From the NCBI RefSeq assembly GCF_009914755.1, contig NC_060934.1: 64,000 nucleotides of DNA; one strand, written 5' to 3'. This stretch comes from the human T2T-CHM13v2.0 reference genome, Homo sapiens. The position numbers and the translations under genes are program-made. Below are positions 1 through 12,774 of this stretch, piece after piece. Every line of letters starts with the position of its first letter. Position 1 is the stretch's first letter. The notes under the pieces were generated by a model, which was not told where the DNA came from, did not search any database, and saw nothing but the letters and a program-made list of their open reading frames with translations.

Positions 1-1579
1 ACAAAGTAGTTTCTCAGAATGATTCTGTGTAGTTTTTATATGAAGATATTTCCTTTTCCACCATGGGCCTCAAAGCACTCCAATTATCACTGCAGATTCC
101 ACAAAAACAGTGTTTCCAAACTGGTCAATCAAAAGAAAAGTTCAACTCTGTGAGATGAATGCACACATCACAAAGAAGTTTCTCTGAATGCTTCTGTGTA
201 GTTTTTATTGGAAGACATTTTCTTTTCAAACATAGGCCTCAAAGTGCTCCAAATATCCACTTGCAGATTCTACAAAAAGAGTGCTTCAAAACTTCTCAAT
301 CAAAAGAAAGTTTCAACTCTGTGAGATGAATGCACACATCACAAAGATGTTTCTCAGAATGCTTCTGTGTAGTTTTTATGTGAAGATATTTCCTTTTCCA
401 CTATAAGCCACTCAGGGCTCAAAATATCCACTGGCAGATTCTATAAAAATAGTGTTTCCAAACTGCTCAGTCAAAAGAAAGTTCAACTCTGTGAGATGAA
501 TGCAAACATTGCAAAGCAGTTTCTCAGAATCCTTCTGTGTCATTTTTATGTGAGGATATTTCCTTTTCCACAGTAGGCCTCAAAGCGCTCCAAATATACA
601 CTTGCAGATTCTGCAAAAAGAGTGTTTCTATACTGCTCAATCAAAAGAAAGGTTCAACACTGTGAGATGAATGCACACATCAAAAAGAAGTTTCTCCAAA
701 TGCTTCTGTGTAGTTTTTATGTGAACACATTTCTTTTTCCACAATAGGCCCCAAATGGCTCCAAATATCCACTTTCAGATTCTACAAAAAGAGTATTTCA
801 AAACTGCTCAATCAAAAGAAAGGTTCAACAGTGTGAGATGAATGCACCCATCACAAAGAAGTTTCTCAGAATGCTTCCATGTAGTTTTTATGTGAAGATA
901 TTTCCTTTTCCAAAATAGGCTGCAAAGGGCTCCAAATATTAACTTGGAGATTCTACAAAAAGAGAGATTCAAAACTGCTCAATCAAAAGAGAGGTTCAAC
1001 TCTGTGAGTTGAATGCACACATCAAAAAGAAGTTTCTCAGAATGCTTCTGTGTAGTATTTATGTGAAGATATTTCCTTTTCCATAATAGACCGCAAAGCA
1101 CTTCAAATATCCACTTGCAGATTCTACAAAAAGAGTGTTTCAAAACTGCTCCGTCAAAAGAAAGATTCAGTTCCCTGAGATAAATGCCCACATCACAAAG
1201 ATGTTTCTCAGAATGTTTCTGTGTAATTTTTATGTAAAGATATTTCCTTTTCCACCATAGGCTGCAAATGGCTCCAAATATCCACATGCAGATTTTACAA
1301 AAATAGTGTTTCTAAACTGCTCTATCAAAAGATAGGTTCAACTCTGTTAGTTGAATGCACACATCACAAAGAAGTTTCTCAGAATGCTTCTGTGTAGTTT
1401 CTATATGAAGATATTTCCTTTTCCACCATAGGCTTCAAAGCGTTCCAAATATCCACTTGCAGATTCTACAAAAAGAGTGTTACCAAACTGCTCAATCAAA
1501 AGAAAGGTTCAACTCTGTGAGATGAATGCACACATCACAAAGAAATTTCTCAGAATGCTTCTGTGTAGTTTTCATGTGA
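1..1579 (-). repeat. Alpha-satellite, divergent monomeric, A-type (pJalpha-box) monomers, SF4-like; reverse orientation
   Basis: ~171-bp period; reverse complement of the alphoid consensus (e.g. gaagtttctcagaatgcttctgtgtagtttttatgtgaagatatttccttttccacc); no CENP-B box seen. Confidence 0.95.
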
Positions 1580-1998
1580 CAGTTTTTTATAATTTCTGAT
1601 CTTTTACATTTGCTGTGGAGAGCTTTACTTCCAACTATGTGGTCAATTTTGGAATAGGTGTGGTGTGGTACTGAAAAAAATGTCTATTCTGTTGACTTGG
1701 GGTGGAGAGTTCTGTAGATATCTATTAGGTCCGCCTGGTGCAGTGCTGAGTTCCATTCCTGGGTATCCTTGTTAACTTTCTGTCTCGTTGATGTGTCTAA
1801 TGTTGACCGTCGGGTGTTAAAATCTCCCATTATTATTGTGTGGGAGTCTAAGTCTCTTTGTAGGTCACTCAGGACTTGCTTTATGAATCTGGGTGCTCCT
1901 GCATTGGGTGCATATATATTACTTATCTGAGAAATGTAACTAACCTGCACATTGTGCACATGTACCCTAAAACTTAAAGTAGAAAAATAATAAAAAAA
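1578..1998. mobile_element. Short 5'-inverted L1 (older L1PA, about L1PA3-like): antisense ORF2 endonuclease fragment 1578-1920, 13-nt filler, then sense 3' end and A-tail 1934-1998
   Basis: 1578-1920 is the reverse complement of the ORF2 segment at ~23451-23793 of the full L1 in this window (NIYAPN...GDFN...YRTLHP). 1934-1998 is the L1 terminus atgtaactaacctgcacattgtgcacatgtaccctaaaacttaaagta plus an A-rich tail. Non-L1HS variants: aacttaaag, aatatatatgc. Confidence 0.9.
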
Positions 1999-3277
1999 GA
2001 GTGTTTCAAAACTGCTCAATCAAAAGAAATGTTCAAGTCTGTGAGATGAATGCACACATCAGAACGAAGTTTCTCAGAATGCTTCTGTCTAGTTTTTATG
2101 TTAAGATATTTAACTTTGCACTATAGGACAAAAAGTGCTCCAAATATCCACATGCACATTTTACAAAAGGAGTGTTTGAAAACTGCTCAGTCAAAAGAAA
2201 GGTTCAACTCACACACGTCACAAAGAACCTTCTCAGAATGCTTCTGCATAGTTTTTATGTGAAGACATTTCCTTTTCCAAAATAGGCCACTAAGGGCTCC
2301 AAATATCCACTTGCATATTCTACAAAAAGAGAGATTCAAATCTGCTCAAACAAAAGATAGGTTCAACACTGTGAGTTGAATGCAAACCTCACTAAGGAGT
2401 TTCTCAGAATGCTTCTATGTAGTTTTTATGGGAAGACATTTCCTTTTCCACCATAGGCCGCAAAGGTCTCCAAATATCCACTTGCAGATTTTACAAAAAG
2501 AGAGTTTCGAAACTGCTCAATCAAAAGAAAGTGTCAACTCTGTGAGATGAATGCACATATCACATAGAAGTTTCTCAGAATGCTTCTGTGTATTTTTTAT
2601 GTGTAGATATTTCCTTTTCCAACATAGGCAGCAAAGGGCTCCAAATACCCACTTGCAGAATCTACAAAAAGAGAGTTATAAAATTGCCCAATCAAAAAAT
2701 ACGTTCAACTCTGTGAGTTCAATGCACACATCACAAAGTAGTATGTAAGAATGCTTCTTTATAATTTTTATGTGAAGATATTTCCTTTTCCTTAATAGGC
2801 CTCAAAGCTCCCCAAATATCCACTTGCAGATACTACAAAAATAGTTTTTCCATACTGCTCATTAAAAGGAATGCTTCAACTGTGTGAGATGAATGCACAC
2901 GTCACTAAGAAGTTTCTCAGAATGCTTCTGTATAATTTTTATATGAATATATTTCCTTTTTCACCATAAGTCTCAAAGTTTTCCAAATATCCACTTGCAG
3001 GCTTTACAAAAAGGGAGTTTCAAAACTGCTCAATCATAAGGTAGGTTCAAACCTGTGAGTTGAATGCACACATCACAAAGAAGTTTCTCAGAATGCTTCT
3101 GTGTAGTTTTAATATTAAGATATTTCCTTTTCCACAATAGGCCTCAAAGTGCTACAAATATCCATTTGCATATTCTACAAAAAGAGTGTTTCCAAACTGC
3201 TCAATCAAAAGAAAGGTTCAACTCTGTGAGATGAATGCACACATCACACAGAAGTTTCTCAGAATGCTTCTGTGTAG
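1994..3277 (-). repeat. Alpha-satellite, divergent monomeric, SF4-like; reverse orientation
   Basis: Same 171-bp monomers and orientation as 1-1579. Confidence 0.95.
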
Positions 3278-4676
<1,399 letters not shown>

Positions 4677-4677
<1 letters not shown>

Positions 4678-7600
4678 TTTTGTAGAATCTAAAGTGGATA
4701 TTTGGAGCACTTTGAGGCCTATTGTGGAAAAGGAAATATCTTCACATACAAACTACACTGAAGCATTCTGAGAAACTTCTTTGTGATGGGTGCATTTTAC
4801 TCACAGATTTGAACCTTTATTTTGATTGTGCAGTTTGGAAACAGATTTCTTTTGGTATCGGCAATTGGATATTTGGAGAGGTTTGAGGCCTATGGTGGAA
4901 AAGGAAATATCTTCACATAAAAACTAGACAGAAGCATTCTGAGAAACTTATTTGTGATGTCTGCATTCAACTCACATAGTTGAACCTTTCTTTTCATTGA
5001 GCACTTTTGAAACACTCATTTTGTAGAATCTGCAACTGGATATTTCAAATGCTTTGAGTCCTATGGTTTAAAAGGAAATATCTTTACATTAAAACTAGAC
5101 AGGAGCATGCTGATAAACTTCATTATGTTGCGTGCATTCATCTCACAGAGTTGAACCTTTCTTTTGATTGAGCAGTTTGGAAACACGCTTTTTGTGGAAT
5201 CTACAAGTGGATATTTGGAGCACTTTGAGGCCTGCAGTGGAAAAGGAAATATCTATGCACAAAAACCACAAAGAAGCATTCTTAGAAACTTCTTTGTGAT
5301 GTGTGCATTCACCTCACAGAGTTGAACCTATCTGTTGATTGAGCAGTTTTGAAAATATCTTTTTGTAGAATTTGCAAGTGGATATTTGAAGCCCTTTGCC
5401 TCCTATGGTGGAAAAGGAATTAACTTCACAAAAAACTACACAAAAGAATTCTGAGAAACTTCTTTAGGATCTGGACATTCAACTGCCAGAGTTGAAACTC
5501 TCTTTTTATAGTCCAGTTTTGAAACTATCTTTGGTAGAATCTGCAAGTGGTATTAGGAGCCCTTTGAGGCCTAAGGTGGAAAAGGAAATATCTTCACATA
5601 AAAACTCCACAGAAGCATTCTGAGAAACTTTTGTGATGTTTCCATTCATCTCACAGAGTTGAACCTCTGTTTTGATTGAGCAGTTTGGAAACACTCATTT
5701 TGTAGAATCTGCAAGTGGATATTTGGAGTGCTTTGAGGCCTATTGTGCAAAAGGAAATATCTTCAAATAAAAACTACACAGAAGCATTCTCAGAAATGTC
5801 TTTGTTTCGTGTGCATTCATCTCACCGAGTTGAAACTTTCTTTTGACTGAGCAGTTTTGAAACACTCTTTTTGTAAAATCTGCAAGTGGATATTTTGAGC
5901 ACTTAGAGGCCTATGGTGGAAAAAAGAATATCTTCACATAAAAACTACACAGAAGCATTCTGAGAAACTTCTTTGTGATGTGTTCATTCAACTCGCAGAG
6001 TTGAACCTATCTTTTGATAGTACAGTTTTGAAACTCTCTATTTGAAGAATCTGTACGTGGATATTTGGAGCCCTTTGTGGCCTATGGTGGAAAAGACAAT
6101 ATCTTCACACGAAAAATACACAGAAGCATTCCGAGAAACTTCTTTCTGATGTTTACATTCATCTCCCTGAGTTGGCCCTTTCTTTTGATTGAGCAGTTTT
6201 GAAACACTGTTTTTGTAGAATCTGCAAGTGGAGATTTGGCCCGCTTTGAGGCCTGTTGTGGAAAAGGAAATATCTTCACATAAAAACTACACGGAAGCAT
6301 TCTGAGAAACTTCTTTGTGATATGTGCATACAACTCGCAGATTTGAACCTTTATTTTGATTGAGCAGTTTTGAAACTCTCTTTTTGTAGAATCTGCAAGT
6401 GTATATTTGGAGCGCTTTGTGGCCGACAGCGGAAAAGGCAATATCTACCCATAAAAGCTACACAGAAACATTCTGAGAAACTTCTCTGTGATGTCTGCAT
6501 TCAACTGACAGAGATTAACTTATCTTTTGATAGAGCAGTTTTGATACTCTTTTTGTAGAATCTGCAAGTGGATATTTGGAGCCCTTTGAGGCCTGTGGTG
6601 GAAAAGGAAATATCTTCACATGAAAACTACACAGAAGCATTCTGAGAAACACCTTTGTGATGTGTGCATTCAACTCACAGTGTTGAACCTTTCTTTTGCT
6701 TGAGCAGTTTTGAAACACTCTCTTTATAGAACCTGCAAGTGGATATTTGGAGCGATTTGAGGCCTATGGTGGAAAAGGAAATATCTTCATAGAAAAACTA
6801 CACAGAAGCTTTCTGAGAAACTTCTTTATGATGTATGCATTCATCTCACAGAGTTCAACCTTTCTTTTTGAAAGTTGAAAGTTCAACCTTTCTTTTTGAA
6901 AAGTTCTTTTGAACTTTGGAAACATTGTTTTAGTAGAATCTGCAAGGGGATATTTGGAGCCCGTGGAGGCCTATTGGGTAAAAGGAAATATCTTCACATA
7001 AAAACTACATGCATTCTGAGGAACTTCTTTGTGATGTGTGCATTCATCTCACAGATTTGAAACTTTCTTTTGGTTGAGCAGTTTTGAAACCCTCTTTTTG
7101 TAGCATCTGTAAGTGGATACTTGGAGACCTTTGCATCCTATGGTGAAAAAGGAAGTGTCTATACATAAAAACTACACAGAAGCATTCTGAGAAACGTCTT
7201 TCTGATGTGTGCGTTCATCTCACAGGATTGAACCTATCTTTTGATAGAGTAGTTTTTAAACTATCTTTTCGTGGAGTCTGCAAGTGATTGCTTGGAGCCG
7301 TTCGTGGCCTTGGTGGAAAAGGAAATATCTTCCTATAAAAACTACACAGAAGCATTCTGAGAAACTTCTTTGTGATGTGTCCATTCATCCCACAGAGCTG
7401 AACCTCTCTTTTGATTGAGTAGTTTGGAAACACTCTTTTTGTAGAATCAGCAAATGGGTGTTTGGAGTGCTTTGAGGCCTATGGTGGTAAAGGAAATATC
7501 TTCACATAAAAACAACACACAGAAGCATTCTCAGAAACTTCTTTGTTTTGTGTGCATTCATCTCACAGAGTTGAACCTTTCTTTTGATTGAGCAGTTTGG

Positions 7601-10600
7601 AAACACTCTTTTAGTAGAGTCTGCAAGTGGATATTTGGAGCCCTTGGAAGCCTACTATGGAAAAGGAATTATCTTCACATAAACATGACACAGAATCATT
7701 CTGAGAAATTTCTTTGTGATGTGTGCATTCATCTCACAGAGTTGAACCTATCTCTTGATAGAACAGTGTGGAAACTCTCTTTTTGTAGAATCTGCAAGTG
7801 GATATTTGTAGCCTTTTGTGGCATATGGTGGAAAAGGAAATATCTTCAAATAAAAACTACACAGAAGCATTCTGAGAAACTTCTTGGTGATGGGTGCATT
7901 CAACTCACAAAGGTGAAACTTTCTTTGCATAGAGCAGCTTTGAAACTCACTTTTTGTAGAATGTGCAATTGGATATTTAGAGCCCTTTGTGGACTATGGT
8001 GGAAAAGCAAATATCTTCACATAAAAACTAAACAGAAGCATTCTGAGAAACTTATTTGTGATGTGTGCATTCATCTCACGGGGTGAACATTTCTTTTGAT
8101 ACAGCAATTTTGAAACACTCTTTTTGTAGAATCTGCAAGTGCATATTTGGAAAACTTTGAGGCCTATGGTGGAAAAGGAAATATCTTTACATAAAAACTA
8201 CAAAGAAGCATTCTGAGAAACTTCTTCATGATATTTGCATTCATGTCACAGAGTTGCACCTCCCTTTTTATTGAGCAGTTTGGAAACCCTCATTTTGTAG
8301 AATCTGGAAGTGGGTATTTGGAGCACTGTAAGGTCTATAGTGGAAAAGTAAATATCTTCACACGAAAAGTACACAGAAGCATTCTGAGAAACTTCTTTCT
8401 GATGTTTACCTTCATCTCCCTGAGTTGACCTTTTCATTTGATTGAGCAGTTTTGAAACACTGTTTTTGAAAGTCTGCAAGTGGAGATTTGGAGCTATTTG
8501 AGGCCTATGGTGTAAAAGGAAATAACTTCACATAAAAAATACACAGAAACATTCTGAGAAACTTCTTTGTGCTGTGTATTTTCAACTCCCAGAGTTGAAC
8601 CTATCTTTTGATAAAGCAGTTTTGAAACTCCCTTTTGTAGAATCTGCAAGTGGTTATTTGGAGCCCTTTGTGGCCGATGGTGGAAAAGGAAATATCTTCC
8701 CATAAAAACTACACAGAAACACTCTGAGAAACTTCTTTGTGATGTGTGCATTCATCTCACAGATTTAAATCTTTCTTTTGATTGAGCAGATTGAAACACT
8801 TGTTTGGAGAATCTGTAAGTGGATATTTGGAGCGCTTTGAGGCCTATTGTAGAAAAGGAAATATCTTCACATAAAAAGCACAAGAAAGCATTCTGAGAAA
8901 CTTCTCTGTGATGTGTGCATTCATCTTACAGATTTGAACCATTCTTTCAATTGAGCAGATTTGGAAACACTCTTTTTGTAGAATCTGCAAATGGATATTT
9001 GGAACGCTTTGAGGCCTATGGTGGAAAAGGAAATATCTTCACATAACAACTACACAGAAGCATTCTGAGAAACTTCTTTGTGATCTGTGCATTCAACTTA
9101 CAGTGTTGAAACAATCTTTTGATAGAATAGTATTGAAACTCTCTTTTTGTAGAATCTGCAAGTGGATATTTGGAATGCTTTGTGGCCTAAGGTGGAAAAG
9201 GAAATATCTTCACATAAAATATACACAGAAGCATTCTGAGAAACTTCTTTGTGATGTGTGCATTGATCTCACAGAGTTGAACCTTTCTTTTGTTTGAGCA
9301 GTTTTGAAACACTCTCTTTGTAGAACATGCAAGGCAATATTTGCAGCGCTTTGAGGCCTATGGAGGTTAAGGAAATATCTTTACATAAAAACCACATGGT
9401 ATCATTCTGAGAAACTTCCTTGTGTTGAGTGCACCCAACTCACACAGTTGTACCTATCTTTCAATAGAGCAGTTTTGAAACTCTTTTTGTAGAATCTGCA
9501 AGTGGATATTTGGAATCATTTGCAGCTTAAGGTAGAAAAGGAAATATCTTCACATAAAATATACACAGAAGCATTCTGAGAAATTTCTTTGTGATGTGTG
9601 CATTGATCTCACAGAGTTGAAACTTTCTTTTGATTGAGCAGTTTTGAAACACTCTTTTTGTAGAATATGCAAGGTGATATTTGCAGTGCTTTGAGGGCTA
9701 TGGTGGAAAAGGAAATATCTTTACATAAAAACCACACGGTATCATTCTGAGAAACTTCCTTGTGTTGAGTGCACCCAATTCACAGAGTTGTACCTATCTT
9801 TCAATAGAGCAGTTTTGAAACTCTATTTTTGTAGAATCTGCAAGTGGTTATGTGGCCAATGGTGGAAAAGGAAATATCTTCCCACAAAAACTACACAGAA
9901 GCATTCTGGGAAACTTCTTTGTGATGTGTGCACTCAGGTCGCAGAGATGAACCTATCTTTTGATAGAGCAGTTTTGAAACTCTCTTTTTATAGGATCGGC
10001 AATTGGTTATATGGAGCCCTCTGTGGCCGATGGTGGAAAAGGAGATATCTTCCCATAAAAACTACAAAGGAGCATTCTGAGAAACTTCTTTGTGATATGT
10101 GCATTCATCTCACAGAGTTGAAACTTTCTTTTGATTGAGCAGTTTTGAAACACTCTTTTCATAGAATCTGCAAGTGGATATTTGGAGTGCTTTGAGGCCT
10201 ATGGTGGAAAAGGAAATATATTCAGATAAAAACTACACAGAAGCATTCTGAGAAACTTGTTTGTGACATGTGCATTCATCTCAGAGTGTAGAACCTCTCT
10301 TTTAATTGAGCAGTTTTGAAACTCTCTTTTTTTAGAATCTGCAAGTGATTATTTGGAGCCCTTTGTGGCTGATGGTGTGAAAGGAAATATCTTCCCAGAA
10401 AAACTACACAGAAACATTCTGAGGAACTTTTTTGAGATGTGTGCATTCATCTCACAGAGTTGAACATTTCGTTTGATTGAACAGTTTTGAAACACACTTT
10501 TTGTACAATCTGCAAGTGGACATTTGAAGGACTTTGAGGGCTATGGTGGAAAAGGAAATATCTTCACATAAAAACTACACAGGAGCGTTCTGAGAATCTT

Positions 10601-10910
10601 CTTTGTGATGTGTGCATTCATTTCACACTGATGAACCTATCTTTTGATACAGCAGTTTTGAATCTTTCTTTTTGTAGAATCTGCAAGTGGATATTTGGAG
10701 CCCTTGGCAGCTTACAATGAAAAAGAAAATGTCTTCACATAACAACTACACAGAAGCATTCTGAGAAACTACTTTGTGATGTGTGCATTCATCTCATAGA
10801 GTTGAACCTCTCTTTTGATTGAGGAGTTTGGAAACACTCTTTTTGTAGAATCTGCAAGTGGATATTTGGAGTGCTTTGAGGCCTAATGTGGAAGAGGAAG
10901 TATCTTTCCA
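4677..10910 (+). repeat. Alpha-satellite, divergent monomeric, A-type only, SF4-like; forward orientation
   Basis: Monomers typically carry ctacacagaagcattctgag, cattcatctcac and ttttgattgagcag with ctatggtggaaaaggaa boxes; no CENP-B-type boxes. The family label is an inference. Confidence 0.9.
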
Positions 10911-12757
10911 GAAAAATTAGGCAGAAACATTCTCAGAATCTTCTTTGTGAAGTGGGCTTTAAACTCAAAAGTTGAACACTTGTTTTGATAGAGCAGTTTT
11001 GAAACAGTCTTTTTGTAGATTCTGCAAGTGGACATTTGGAGCTGTTTGAGGCCTGTGGTGGAAAAGAAAATATCTTCACATAAAAACTAGACACGAGCAT
11101 TCTTAGAAACTTCTTTGTGATTTTTGCATTCAACTCACAGAGTTGAACATAACTTTTCATAGAGCAGTTTTGAGACACTTTTTGTAGAATCTGCAAGTGG
11201 TTATTTGGACAACTTTGAGGCTTTCATTGGAAATGGGAATATCTTCACATAAAAACTAGACAGAAGCATTCTCAGAAACTCCATTGTGATTTGTGCATTT
11301 AACTCATAGAGTTGACCATTCCTTTTGATAGAGCAGTTTTGAAACACTTTTTGCAGAATCTGCCTGTGGATATATGTTTTGCTTTGAGGCCTATGGTGGA
11401 AAAGGAAATATCTTCACATCAAAACTAGACAGAAGCATTCTCAGAAACTTCTTCGTGATGTGTGCATTCAAATAATAGAGTTGAACCTTCCCTTTGATAG
11501 AGCAGTTTGAAACCCTCTTTTTCTAGATTCTGCAAGTGGATATTTGGAGCACTCCAAGGCCTATGGCAGAAAAGGAAATATCTTCATATAAAAACTAGAC
11601 AGAAGCATTCTCAGGAACTACATTGTGATGTGTGCATTCAAATCCCAGAGTTGAACCTTTGTTTTTATAGAGCAGTTTTGAAACATTCTTTCTGTAGAAT
11701 CTGCAAGTGGATATTTGGAGCCCATTGAAGCCTATGCTAGAAAAATAAATATCTTCATATAAAAACTAGACAGAAGCATTCTGAGAAACTACCTTCTGAT
11801 GTGTGCATTGCACTCACACAGTTGTACCTTTCTGTTGTTAGAACAGTTTTGAAACACTCCTTTTGTAGTATCTGCAAGTGGATATTTGGAACGCTTTGAG
11901 GCCTTCAATGGAAGTGGGAATAACTTCACATAAAAACTAGACAAAAGCATTCTCAGAAACTACTTTGGGATGTGTGCATTCAACTCACAGAGTTGAACAT
12001 TTCTTTTGATATAGTACTTTTGAAATACTCTTTTTGTAGAATCTCCAAGTGGACTTTTGGAGAGCTTTGAGGCCTATGGTGGAAAAGGAAATATCTTCAC
12101 ATAAAAACTAGACAGAAGCATTCTCAGAAACTTCTTTGTGATGTTTGCATTCACCTCACAGAGTTGACCATACCTTTTCATAGAGCAGTTTTGAAACACT
12201 CTTTTTATAGAATCTTCAAGTGGATATTTGGACTGCTTTGAGGGTTTCGTTGGAAATGGGAATATCTTCACATAAAAACTAGACAGAAGCATTCTCAGAA
12301 ACTTCTTTGTGACGTGTGCATTCAACTCACAGAGTTGAACTTTCCTTTTGATAGAGCAGTTTTGAAACATTCTTTTTGTAGTATCTGCAAGTGGATATTT
12401 GGAACTCTTTGAGGCCTATGGTAGAAAAGGAAATATCTTCACATAAAAAATAGACAGAAGCATTATTAGAAACCACATTGTTATGTATGCATTAAACTCA
12501 CAGGGTTGAACCTTTCTTTTGATAGAGCAGTTTTGAAACATTCTTTTTGTAGAATTATCAAGTGGACATTTGGAGCGCTTCGAGGCCTATGGTGGAAAAG
12601 GAAATATCTTCACATAAAAACGAGACAGAAACATTCCCAGAAACTTCTTTATGATGTTTTCATTCAAATCACAGAGTTAAACATACTTTTTCATAGAGCA
12701 GTTTTGAAACATTCTTTTTGTAGAATCCTCAAGAGTATATTTGGAACACTTTGAGGC

Positions 12758-12774
12758 CTTCGTTGGAAACGGGA
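12758..12774 (+). promoter_or_regulatory. Intact CENP-B box (first in window)
   Basis: cttcgttggaaacggga matches NTTCGNNNNANNCGGGN. Confidence 0.9.

Noticed and set aside
1684-2019. 111-aa minus-strand ORF with endonuclease motifs
   Set aside because: Chance fusion of satellite, antisense L1 tail and an EN fragment; incomplete domain, non-ATG start
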